Below, in pieces: positions 8,940 through 16,912 of a DNA stretch of 24,592 bases; positions within the stretch are counted from its first letter, which is position 1; every line of letters starts with the position of its first letter. The stretch lies in NCBI GenBank assembly GCA_031367385.1, contig JANLPS010000281.1:1-24592 (forward strand). The letters are read 5' to 3'. The notes under the pieces are model-generated. The model was given only the letters and a program-made list of their open reading frames with translations. It was not told the DNA's origin and searched no databases. This DNA is from Archangium sp. (GTDB lineage Bacteria > Myxococcota > Myxococcia > Myxococcales > Myxococcaceae). Made by a program: the position numbers and the translations under genes.

Positions 8940-9469
8940 GAGGCGATGGTGGTTTCCATCGCGACCGCGGCGGCGTGAACGACCGCGGCGATTCGAACCG
9001 CGTCGTGCACGTGGTCTTCAGTCAGCCCACCGGCGAGCGCCTCTTTCTCGTGCGCCTGCATGCAGATTTCACAGAAGTTGATCGAGCTGACCGCCAGACA
9101 AAACAGGTCGAAGTCGGGCTTGTTCGAGGTCACCGCCGTCGTTCGCATCATGCGGAGCCGGGCGGGCTTTTGCGAGTACGACTCTTTGCCGATGCTGTGG
9201 CGAAATCGGTAATACACGTTGTTCATACCCATCAAGATCGCGGCGGCCTTGGCGTCGTCGAGGGTGCCCTCTTCGATGCCGGCGGCCTTCGCGTCGGCCA
9301 GCACCGCGGCGATCAACTTCGCATTTCGCGCGGCATAGGCGCTGGCGAGCGCCGACCCCCAGGCTTGCGGCTTCGACAAGGTGCCGGGTTGAAGCACGGT
9401 CTGTAGGTTGATTTTGATGTCGCGCGCCGCGTCAGGCAGCGTCTCGCGAATGGCGTTCAGGTTTTCCAT
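8936..9469 (-). CDS. ahpD: Alkyl hydroperoxide reductase AhpD (CMD family)
   Basis: LPDAARDIKINL, MGMNNVYYRFRH and the CxxC motif INFCEICMQAHE; RBS GAGGAG upstream of ATG 9469. Confidence 0.95.
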   Translation of the reverse strand: MENLNAIRETLPDAARDIKINLQTVLQPGTLSKPQAWGSALASAYAARNAKLIAAVLADAKAAGIEEGTLDDAKAAAILMGMNNVYYRFRHSIGKESYSQKPARLRMMRTTAVTSNKPDFDLFCLAVSSINFCEICMQAHEKEALAGGLTEDHVHDAVRIAAVVHAAAVAMETTIAS

Positions 9470-9486
9470 CACGGTCTCCTCAGGGT

Positions 9487-9527
9487 AAAAAAGAGGGCGT
9501 GGCGAGGCAAAGCCCACACCACACCCC
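9487..9527 (-). terminator. Intrinsic-terminator-like hairpin between ahpC and ahpD
   Basis: Minus strand GGGGTGTGGTG(T)GGGC-TTT-GCCTCGCCACGCCCT then C-TTTTTT; ~15-bp stem with G-U pairs and one bulge. Confidence 0.65.
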
Positions 9528-9554
9528 ACGGCATGAAACAGCTGGTGAAAAAAC

Positions 9555-10106
9555 TTACGCCGACTTCTTGAGCTTGGCGGTGAGGGTCTCGTCGCCCTCT
9601 TTCCAATTGCAGGGGCACAGCTCGTCGGTCTGCAAACCGTCGAGCACGCGCAGCACCTCGTCGACGTTACGGCCGACACCCAGGTCGTTGGCCGAGGCGT
9701 AGCGAATGACGCCGTCTGGGTCGACGATCATCGTGGCGCGCAGAGCCACGCCGGCGGTGGGGTGCACGATGCCCAGGCTCGCGCCCATGCTCGGGCTGAT
9801 GAACAGCAAGGGGTGGTGCAAGCCCTTCAGGTCGGCGTGGTTGTTGCGCCAGGCCAGGTGCGAGTGCTCATTGTCGGTGCTCCCGCCCAACACCACCGCG
9901 CCGCGATCGGCGAAGTCTTTCAGCTTCTTGTCGAACTCGACGATCTCAGTCGGGCAGACGAACGTGAAGTCTTTCGGGTAGCTGTAAAGCACCAGCCACT
10001 TGCCGTTGAAGTCTTTGTTGGAGACGTCTTTGAACTCCTTGCCCTTCTCGACCGAGACACAGGCAGGCACTTTGAAATCAGGCAGCTTCGAACCGGGGGT
10101 CAGCAT
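9555..10106 (-). CDS. ahpC: 2-Cys peroxiredoxin AhpC (AhpD-partnered type)
   Basis: YPKDFTFVCPTEI (peroxidatic Cys), GRNVDEVLRVLDGLQTDELCPCNW; start placed at ATG 10106 behind an A/G-rich leader. Confidence 0.95.
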   Translation of the reverse strand: MLTPGSKLPDFKVPACVSVEKGKEFKDVSNKDFNGKWLVLYSYPKDFTFVCPTEIVEFDKKLKDFADRGAVVLGGSTDNEHSHLAWRNNHADLKGLHHPLLFISPSMGASLGIVHPTAGVALRATMIVDPDGVIRYASANDLGVGRNVDEVLRVLDGLQTDELCPCNWKEGDETLTAKLKKSA

Positions 10107-10167
10107 GGTGTTTTCTCTTTTCGTCTTGTGAGGTGGAGGGTGGGACTGCAATCAAAGCCGGGCGAGC

Positions 10168-10590
10168 TCACTCCCGGCGTGGCTTCTTCGAGGCGCCCAG
10201 CTTTTTGCCTCGCATCACGACCATGTACTCGCGAATCGCGTACCCCTTGAGTCGCGAAACGTCGCCGACCTTCACCAGACCCCAGGGCACGTCTTCAATG
10301 CGCCCGGTCACGTCGTCGATGAAGTGGTGATGGGGTTCTAAGTTCGGGTCGAACACCACCCGCCCTTCGGCAATCACCAGTTGCCGCAACAGACCTTTTT
10401 CAACGAATACGTTCAGGGTGTTGTACACCGTGGCCCGCGAGAGGAGCGGAAACGATGCCTGTACACGCGCCAAGACCTCGTCGGCCGAGGGGTGCTCGTC
10501 GGTCAGCAGCGCGTACTCGGCCACTGCCAGGCGCTGCGCCGAAGGCTGCACCCCGTGAGCTCGCAGCATGTCGACCAGGTTTAGACTCAT
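10168..10590 (-). CDS. Fur-family transcriptional regulator, cysteine-free Irr/PerR-like
   Basis: QRLAVAEY, HPSADEV, SRATVYNTL and FDPNLEPHHHFID; no Cys residues. Start uncertain among 10605, 10590 and 10569; 10590 chosen because 10605 overlaps the promoter-like sequence. Confidence 0.88.
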   Translation of the reverse strand: MSLNLVDMLRAHGVQPSAQRLAVAEYALLTDEHPSADEVLARVQASFPLLSRATVYNTLNVFVEKGLLRQLVIAEGRVVFDPNLEPHHHFIDDVTGRIEDVPWGLVKVGDVSRLKGYAIREYMVVMRGKKLGASKKPRRE

Positions 10591-10628
10591 TCTGGCTTTA
10601 GACATAATCTAGATATTGACCATGTCAA
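10580..10628 (-). promoter_or_regulatory. Promoter/operator of the regulator-ahpC-ahpD operon: two adjacent ICE/Per-like 17-mers plus a TTGAC-N3-GTCAA inverted repeat containing a TTGACA -35
   Basis: TTTAGACTCATTCTGGC (10580-10596) and TTTAGACATAATCTAGA (10597-10613); TTGACCATGTCAA (10616-10628); an AT-rich island in a GC-rich context. Confidence 0.6.
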
Positions 10629-10640
10629 CCTGAAAGACCC

Positions 10641-11534
10641 GTGCGGCTCGCTCATTTTTCCGACATTCACGTGACCCACTTTCCCCTCACTGCGGCGGGG
10701 GGCTTCGCGTTCAAGCGCCTGCTGGCCATCGGCAGCTACTCGGTCGCGGGGCGAGGGGCCCACTTCGAGGGCAGCAACGCGCGCATCACGGCGCTGCTCG
10801 ATGACGTTGACGCGCTCAACGTCGACCACGCCGTCTGCACCGGAGACCTGACCGGGGTCTCGACCGAGCCCGAGTTCGCCGAGGTCGCCGCGCGCTTCGG
10901 GCCATCGAGGCTCGCACAGCCCGAGCGGTACACCGTCATACCCGGCAACCATGACCGGTACGTCGCAGCCGCCCAGGGGCGCTTCGAAAGATTCTTCGGC
11001 ACCCTCTGTGATCAAGGCCGTTTTCCCCTGGTGAAGTCGTTGCCTGGCAACGTGACGCTGGTCTGCGTCGACACTGCCCGGCCGACCAACCTGATTGACT
11101 CGTCGGGCGAGGTGGGCACCGCTCAGCGCGCCAAGCTGCTGCAGGTTTTGACCGACCCAAGGCTGCGAGACCACTTCGTGGTGCTGGGCTTTCACTACGG
11201 CTTGCTGCGAATGAACGGTCAGCGCGATGGCCGAAACCACGGCCTGCGCGACGACCTCGCCATGCTCGAGCTGATCGACCGCCCCGAGGTGAGCCTCGAC
11301 CTGGTCATTCACGGGCACCTGCACCGGCCGTTCAAGCTGCGCCCCGGGCGTCGCACCATCGTGAACGCGGGCAGCGCGACAGACCTGCACGTCAACGGAG
11401 CGGGCTTCAACGTCTACGACATCGACGCCGCCACCCACCGCGTCACCGTCTCGCGCCGGGCCTGGAGCCTCAGCGCCGGCCGCTACGTCGAAGATCTCGC
11501 CTCACCGGTCTGCGGCGAATTCAGCACCCGCTGA
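10641..11534 (+). CDS. Calcineurin-like metallophosphoesterase (CpdA/Icc-like)
   Basis: Metal-binding motifs HFSDIH, TGDLT, PGNHD and HGHLH in canonical order. Confidence 0.9.
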   Translation: MRLAHFSDIHVTHFPLTAAGGFAFKRLLAIGSYSVAGRGAHFEGSNARITALLDDVDALNVDHAVCTGDLTGVSTEPEFAEVAARFGPSRLAQPERYTVIPGNHDRYVAAAQGRFERFFGTLCDQGRFPLVKSLPGNVTLVCVDTARPTNLIDSSGEVGTAQRAKLLQVLTDPRLRDHFVVLGFHYGLLRMNGQRDGRNHGLRDDLAMLELIDRPEVSLDLVIHGHLHRPFKLRPGRRTIVNAGSATDLHVNGAGFNVYDIDAATHRVTVSRRAWSLSAGRYVEDLASPVCGEFSTR

Positions 11535-11547
11535 CCAAGCGCACCGA

Positions 11548-11922
11548 CTACTTCTTCTTCGCGCGAGCCCGCCCGTCATGGGTGACGGTGACCTTGGTGG
11601 CGATGCCTCCGCGCACCCACCAGTCGCCCTCGACGACCATGCTGCGGGGCTGGCACACCCGAACCAGGTCTTCGAGCACCCTGTTCGTCACGGCCTCGTG
11701 AAAGGCGCCTTCGTTGCGAAAGCTCCATAGGTAGAGCTTGAGGCTCTTGAGCTCGATGCACAGCTTTTCAGGCGTGTAGCGAATGCGAAAGTGCGCGAAG
11801 TCGGGCTGGCCGGTCAGCGGGCACAGGCAGGTGAATTCTGGGCAATCGAACGCGATTTCGTAGTCGCGGGCGGGCGCCGGGTTCTTGAAGGTCTGCAAAT
11901 CTTTCGAAGGCTGACTGGGCAT
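11548..11922 (-). CDS. queF: NADPH-dependent preQ0 reductase, unimodular (type I)
   Basis: [16 protein letters not shown] (catalytic Cys/Asp), QueF motif [20 protein letters not shown] and RGGI. Confidence 0.96.
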   Translation of the reverse strand: MPSQPSKDLQTFKNPAPARDYEIAFDCPEFTCLCPLTGQPDFAHFRIRYTPEKLCIELKSLKLYLWSFRNEGAFHEAVTNRVLEDLVRVCQPRSMVVEGDWWVRGGIATKVTVTHDGRARAKKK

Positions 11923-11928
11923 GGCGGC

Positions 11929-11945
11929 CGGCTGATACCATGCCC
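11929..11945. promoter_or_regulatory. Candidate bidirectional extended -10 promoter for queF and sua5
   Basis: Plus strand TG-A-TACCAT (11933-11941) lies 9 nt before ATG 11951; minus strand TG-G-TATCAG (hexamer 11937-11932) lies 9 nt before ATG 11922. The two hexamers share the TA at 11936-11937. Confidence 0.4.
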
Positions 11946-11950
11946 TGACG

Positions 11951-12907
11951 ATGCGTACAGCGCTGCCGCAGGCCCTCAGTGTGCTCCGTTCAGGGGGGCT
12001 GATCGCGATGCCGACCGAGACCGTCTACGGCCTGGGGGCTGATGCCTCGAACGAGCTGGCTGTGCGGCGTATTTTCGCGGTCAAGGGCCGCCCTTCGACG
12101 CACCCGTTGATCGTGCACGTGGCTGATTTGACGGCGGCCCGCGCCTGGGCGTCATCGTTTCCCCGGGCGGCAGAACTGCTGGCCAGCGCCTTTTGGCCCG
12201 GCCCCCTGACGTTGATCGTGCCACGCAGCGCCAGAGCCTCTGACGCGGTCACCGGAGGCCAAGACACCGTCGGCCTGCGGGTGCCTGATCACGCGTTAAC
12301 CCATGAATTGCTGACGCTTTTCGGAGGCGGAGTCGCTGCACCCAGCGCCAACCGGTTCGGTCACGTGAGCCCCACCACCGCCCAGCACGTGCGCGATGAG
12401 CTCGGCAACGAGGTCGACTTCATTCTCGACGGAGGCCCCGCGACGGTCGGCGTCGAGTCGACCATCGTCGACGTCAGCCGAGGGCCCCCCAGGCTGCTCC
12501 GACCCGGCGGCGTCGCGGTTGAAGACCTCGAGCGCGTGCTCGGAGAAGCCGTGCCTTCGGCCACCGACGCCACCGACATTCGAGCGCCGGGCATGATGGC
12601 CTCGCATTACGCGCCCAGAGCCGGCCTGTGGTTGGTCACGGCCGCCGAGCTCGCGCACGAAGCTCACACCCGAATGGCTGCCGGCGCCAAGGTTGCGGTG
12701 TTCGCTCCAGCCTCGGTCACCCTGCCCCCAGGCGTGGGCCGCTTCGCGGTGCCAGACGACGCCAAAGGCTACGCGCGCATGCTGTACGCGTTGCTGCGCG
12801 AAGCCGATGATCAGGGCTACGACGTGATTCTCGCCGCGCCTCCCGAGGCGACCGGGCTTGGGCTGGCGGTTCGAGACCGACTCAGCCGCGCCGCCCACCC
12901 GCGCTGA
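11951..12907 (+). CDS. sua5: L-threonylcarbamoyladenylate synthase (YrdC domain + SUA5 C-terminal domain)
   Basis: [57 protein letters not shown] and [14 protein letters not shown]. Confidence 0.95.
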   Translation: MRTALPQALSVLRSGGLIAMPTETVYGLGADASNELAVRRIFAVKGRPSTHPLIVHVADLTAARAWASSFPRAAELLASAFWPGPLTLIVPRSARASDAVTGGQDTVGLRVPDHALTHELLTLFGGGVAAPSANRFGHVSPTTAQHVRDELGNEVDFILDGGPATVGVESTIVDVSRGPPRLLRPGGVAVEDLERVLGEAVPSATDATDIRAPGMMASHYAPRAGLWLVTAAELAHEAHTRMAAGAKVAVFAPASVTLPPGVGRFAVPDDAKGYARMLYALLREADDQGYDVILAAPPEATGLGLAVRDRLSRAAHPR

Positions 12908-12921
12908 GCCCCCCTGCGCTG

Positions 12922-14070
12922 CTACGGCGCCCGAAACGCAGCCAGCTCGTCGCGGTTCGACGGCACATGCAGCGCGCCCGACACAATCTGCGAGCGCAGC
13001 GCCTCGACCCTCGCCAGCGCCTCAGCCTTGCCGGGGAAATCGATCTTCACCTCGGCATACGTCACCCCGCCTTCTTTCAGGCCCATCACCACGTCTCCGC
13101 TCGAGAACTTGGCGGCAGCGAGGTCTTTGGCGGCCAGGTACACCGCGTAGTCGACCCGCTTGATCATCGAGGTCAGCATCGCCTCGGGCGCCAAGTGCGA
13201 CTGATCTGAATCAACGCCAATCGCGTACACCTTCTTGCCCGCCGCCCGCGCCTCCTTCACCGCTTGAATGACGCCCACGCCGTCGCTGCCGGCGGCGTGA
13301 AAAAGCACCTCCGCCCCTTTATTGATCAGATCTTGAGCGACCTGCTTGCCAGCGCTCACGTTGTCGAAGCTGCCGGTGTACTGAATCATCGCGTTCACCT
13401 GCGGGTTGGTGGCCTTCACACCCGCGCGAAAGCCGGCCTCGAACTTGCGGGTTAGCGGCATCTCCATGCCCCCGATGAACCCGACCTTCTCGGTGGCGAC
13501 GAGCCCGGCCAAGGCGCCCACCAAAAAGCTGCCCTCTTCTTCACGAAAGACCACCGTTCGCACGTTCGGCAGGCTCTGCACGGCCCCCTTGGCGTCGAGT
13601 ATCGGGCTGTCGATCAGCAAGAACTTCGCCTTGGGGTTGGCCTTGGCGATCGCCTCGACCGAGTTCTCGAGCATGAAGCCGGTGCCGATGACCAGGTCAG
13701 CCCCTTGATCGACGAGCAGCTGCAAGTTGGGCTGGTAGTCTTCTTGCGCTTTCGACTGCACTGCGATCGGCGTCACCGACAACGGTGTGACCTGCGAGCG
13801 CAAATCAAGGGGGATGGTCGCGGTTCGTTCTTCGGCCGACATCGGCAGGTATTGGCCCGACGAGAAGCGCACGCCGCCGACCCAGCTTTCGAGCCCGCGC
13901 AGCGCCGAATCATTGAACGACTCGTCTCCACGGCCCGCGAGGTCGGTCACCAACCCAATGGTTTGCTTCTTCGAAGCGGGCGACGAAGGCGCCGTACCGG
14001 CAGCGGCCCCCGCTTCACCCTTTTTGCACGCGGTCAGCGCGACCAGCGCGACCAGCACGGCTCGATTCAT
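12922..14070 (-). CDS. BMP/PnrA-family ABC substrate-binding lipoprotein (nucleoside-type)
   Basis: Lipobox LTA-C; GRGDESFNDSA, FREEEGSFLVGALAG, AIGVDSDQ and LTSMIKRVD. Start is 14070 or 14076. Confidence 0.9.
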   Translation of the reverse strand: MNRAVLVALVALTACKKGEAGAAAGTAPSSPASKKQTIGLVTDLAGRGDESFNDSALRGLESWVGGVRFSSGQYLPMSAEERTATIPLDLRSQVTPLSVTPIAVQSKAQEDYQPNLQLLVDQGADLVIGTGFMLENSVEAIAKANPKAKFLLIDSPILDAKGAVQSLPNVRTVVFREEEGSFLVGALAGLVATEKVGFIGGMEMPLTRKFEAGFRAGVKATNPQVNAMIQYTGSFDNVSAGKQVAQDLINKGAEVLFHAAGSDGVGVIQAVKEARAAGKKVYAIGVDSDQSHLAPEAMLTSMIKRVDYAVYLAAKDLAAAKFSSGDVVMGLKEGGVTYAEVKIDFPGKAEALARVEALRSQIVSGALHVPSNRDELAAFRAP

Positions 14071-14100
14071 TCGCATCGCGCCGATATCGCACAGCCTGGT

Positions 14101-14640
14101 TCAGCCGCCACCGGCAAACGTATTACCGACCGGGTCGCCAGAGCCAGGCGTGCCTCCGGTGCCCGACGGCAAGGCCACTTCAACCTCGGTCAAGGTCGAG
14201 AACGCGGTGTTGGTATCGCAGGTGGCGCACCCGGTCTGGGCGTAGCCTTCTGACGACACGACCACCACCGTGGTCGCGGGCCCCGAGAACTGCAGCGCTC
14301 CGGTTCTCACGCGAGGGCGAATGAACAGCGTCACGCGGTAGCGGGTCTTCTTGGGGTCGGTGTTGTCATCGAACACCAGCGGCGCCGGTAGCGGGTTGCA
14401 CGTCGCCGCGGTCGAGCACAGCGGCAGCGTACCCGGCGTGACCTGACCGGTTCGCAACCGGGCCAACCCCTCTTGCACGCCCATGTTGCTGTTGAGCACC
14501 GCCTGGCCCTGCAGCTGCGTCGCGGTCATCGCGTAGGTGTCGAAGTACGAGGTCTGCACCAGGCGCGTCGCCAGCAGCGTCAACACGAGCACCAGCACCA
14601 GCACCAGCAGCAGTACGTACCCACGTTGTGCTCGTCTCAT
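14101..14640 (-). CDS. pilX: PilX-like minor type IV pilin
   Basis: Class III signal RRAQRG|YVLLLVLVLVLVLTLLA lacking Glu5, as is typical of PilX/GspK; AVLNSNMGVQEGLARL; last gene of the pilin cassette; GAGG before ATG 14640. Confidence 0.75.
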   Translation of the reverse strand: MRRAQRGYVLLLVLVLVLVLTLLATRLVQTSYFDTYAMTATQLQGQAVLNSNMGVQEGLARLRTGQVTPGTLPLCSTAATCNPLPAPLVFDDNTDPKKTRYRVTLFIRPRVRTGALQFSGPATTVVVVSSEGYAQTGCATCDTNTAFSTLTEVEVALPSGTGGTPGSGDPVGNTFAGGG

Positions 14641-14648
14641 CGCTGACC

Positions 14649-15812
14649 TCACTGCGTCGCCAAATACGCGTTGTACAAGTTGACGGTGATCTCGCCTCGC
14701 GCTCGCCGAATGCCATCGGCTGCGGCTGCGGCATGGTCGAAGCTGGCGACGTCACCCGCGCCCGCCCGCCGTTCGCCGCGCACGGTCAGCTGAATCACCG
14801 CGCCCCGAACCAGAGCATTGAGCGTGCCGACGGTCGCCGCGCCGCCCAGACCGCCCACCTCGCTCACCGCACAGGGGGCCCCCGTGGGGCGATCACCGCA
14901 GAGGCAAGGAGTGCCAACGACAGCGCTGCAGGTGCCCGCGGCCTGCGCAGTGTTATCGAACTTCGCGCCCACCATTGGAGCGACCTGAAGGTTGTCGACC
15001 CCCAGCGCCAGCGCGTCGATGTTGCCGCCGTAGACGCCCGTGGCGGGGTCGGCGGTCTGCACGTAGAGGCCGAGGTCGGCTCTGCCCGCGCGCTGGTAGA
15101 CGAAGATGCGTCGCCGGGTCACCAGCTTGTAGACCGAGACATCGTTGTTGTTGGCGGTGATGGAGCAGACGGCCGCGGGTGTGGTGGTGAAGTCGTCGTT
15201 GAGCATCGTGATGTTCAATTTTCTGGGCGAGGTCGACGCGACGCCGGTGATCTTCGCCAGACACGATTGCTCCGGGTTCAGGTCACGGCTGATCACGATG
15301 AAGGGCGAGACGATGGTGGTCGCGTCAGCCCACTCGGTGTCGGCCAAAGGGTCGGCGTTGAGCAGGTCGAGCACGGTGGCGGCGCTGTTGAGCGTGCCGT
15401 TCGTCACAGAGCCCGGCCGACGCATGGTGGTGTCACCCCACGCGACCTCGATCACGTCGGTGCCCTTGATGATGCCAGCGGCTGCGGATGACGCAGGGTC
15501 GACCACCACCACACCACTACCGTCTCCCGCCATCGCGCCGGTGCCGACGTTGTTGCGAACTCGAAACGCAAAACGCGCGTTGGAGTACCCCGCGCCGGTC
15601 GAGGCCAGGGTGCGGTCGAGGGTGGCCAGTGACAGCGCCAGCTGCGCCTCAGCGGTGCTCTGCCGGGCTGAACCCTGGCTCATCGTGAACATCGAGGTCG
15701 CCGCCAGCGTCGCCGCCAGAATCACCACGCTCGAGATCGCGAGGGTCATCAACAGCTCGATCAGCGTGGTCCCGCGTGCGCCCCTACCCATGTCGAATCG
15801 GAGCGCGTTCAT
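14649..15812 (-). CDS. pilW: PilW-like minor type IV pilin
   Basis: Class III signal RGARG|TTLIELLMTLAISSVV; large globular domain with the LALGVDNLQV motif typical of PilW; ATGA overlap with the pilV stop. Confidence 0.8.
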   Translation of the reverse strand: MNALRFDMGRGARGTTLIELLMTLAISSVVILAATLAATSMFTMSQGSARQSTAEAQLALSLATLDRTLASTGAGYSNARFAFRVRNNVGTGAMAGDGSGVVVVDPASSAAAGIIKGTDVIEVAWGDTTMRRPGSVTNGTLNSAATVLDLLNADPLADTEWADATTIVSPFIVISRDLNPEQSCLAKITGVASTSPRKLNITMLNDDFTTTPAAVCSITANNNDVSVYKLVTRRRIFVYQRAGRADLGLYVQTADPATGVYGGNIDALALGVDNLQVAPMVGAKFDNTAQAAGTCSAVVGTPCLCGDRPTGAPCAVSEVGGLGGAATVGTLNALVRGAVIQLTVRGERRAGAGDVASFDHAAAAADGIRRARGEITVNLYNAYLATQ

Positions 15813-16273
15813 GGGCAGCTCTTGGTCAGGTACCCCGTGTACTTCTCGACCATGTGCGGGTGCGGCTCGGTGGGCGACGAGGAGTCGACCCAGTCCATCG
15901 AGACGGTGAGAAACTTACAGCAGAGGTTCCCCGTGCCAGCGCAGCAGGTCTGCCCCGTCGGTAGCTTTCGACCCGCCGGCAACACGCTGTTGCAGTCGGT
16001 GTTGACCGTGACCGTGAACTCGGCGGCGCGCCCATCGGGGTCTTTGATGGTGTAAGGCAACGCCGGAACCGTCAGCGCGGTGAACCCCTGCTGCACGTAG
16101 CGCTGGTATTCTTCGCTCGCCAACCGGGTCATCGCCGAGTGTTTGCTCGCACCGGTGCGGCGGTTGGTGATCATCGCCACCAAACCGGTCAGCGCGGTGA
16201 ACGAGATCAAAAAAATCGCCGACGCCGTCAGCACTTCAATCAACGAGAAGCCGCGCTTCGACGTGAGTCTCAT
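15809..16273 (-). CDS. pilV: PilV-like minor type IV pilin
   Basis: From ATG 16273: MRLTSKRG|FSLIEVLTASAIFLISF; 154 aa; ATGA overlap with the fimU stop. Confidence 0.8.
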   Translation of the reverse strand: MRLTSKRGFSLIEVLTASAIFLISFTALTGLVAMITNRRTGASKHSAMTRLASEEYQRYVQQGFTALTVPALPYTIKDPDGRAAEFTVTVNTDCNSVLPAGRKLPTGQTCCAGTGNLCCKFLTVSMDWVDSSSPTEPHPHMVEKYTGYLTKSCP

Positions 16274-16908
16274 GGCAGGGCCACCGTGCCGTCGCTGCGC
16301 ACTTGAATGAGTTGGAGAATGCCAGTCGGGTCGAACTTGTGGCTCAGCGTGAACACCAGGGGGTACTGCGTCGGCACGAGCACGCTGCGGCTGCCATTCG
16401 AGCTCTCTTCGCAAGTGTCGCCGATGTAACCGGTCACTTGGCCGTTCAGGTCATAGACGAACTGAATCGTCTTGCTGTTGTCGAGCCCGGTCACCCCGGT
16501 GGGCATGTCGAGGTCGAGCACTTCGTCCATCGGGTGGGAGTCGAGCACTTTGTCTCGCAGCGCCACCGTAGCGTTGACCAGATCGAGACCCGCGGTGGTG
16601 GTGTCGATTACCGATGGCGGCACGACTGGCACCACCTTTCGAAACGAGGTCGTCATGCCCGGCAACGTGTCTGGCGTCGAGCCCGTCGTCGCCTTGCCGC
16701 GAATGCAGATGACCGTCGGCACGCCGCGCGTCAGGGCCTGGGTGCGCATCATGCTGAACAGCGAAGTGAACGTCGTCGCCTCGGTGCTGACCCGCGCTCG
16801 CCGCGTCAGGCCGATCAAGCTCGGCACGGCCATCGCCGCCAACAAGCCGATGATGGCCAGCACCACCATCGTCTCGACCAGCGTGAACCCGTGCCGTTTC
16901 ATGCTCAT
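16270..16908 (-). CDS. fimU: FimU/FimT (GspH-like) minor pilin
   Basis: MSMKRHG|FTLVETMVVLAIIGLLAAMAVPS; RTQALTRGVPTVIC; FVYDLNG; C-terminal IQVRSDG. Confidence 0.82.
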   Translation of the reverse strand: MSMKRHGFTLVETMVVLAIIGLLAAMAVPSLIGLTRRARVSTEATTFTSLFSMMRTQALTRGVPTVICIRGKATTGSTPDTLPGMTTSFRKVVPVVPPSVIDTTTAGLDLVNATVALRDKVLDSHPMDEVLDLDMPTGVTGLDNSKTIQFVYDLNGQVTGYIGDTCEESSNGSRSVLVPTQYPLVFTLSHKFDPTGILQLIQVRSDGTVALP

Positions 16909-16912
16909 CGCC

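Noticed and set aside
9470..9679. N-terminal extension of ahpD overlapping ahpC (apparent fusion/frameshift)
   Set aside because: ahpC has its own stop at 9555 and ahpD has a clear GAGGAG RBS before 9469; no slippery-site evidence.
11923..11950. preQ1 riboswitch upstream of queF
   Set aside because: Only 28 bp of intergenic space, with no preQ1 stem or A-rich tail.
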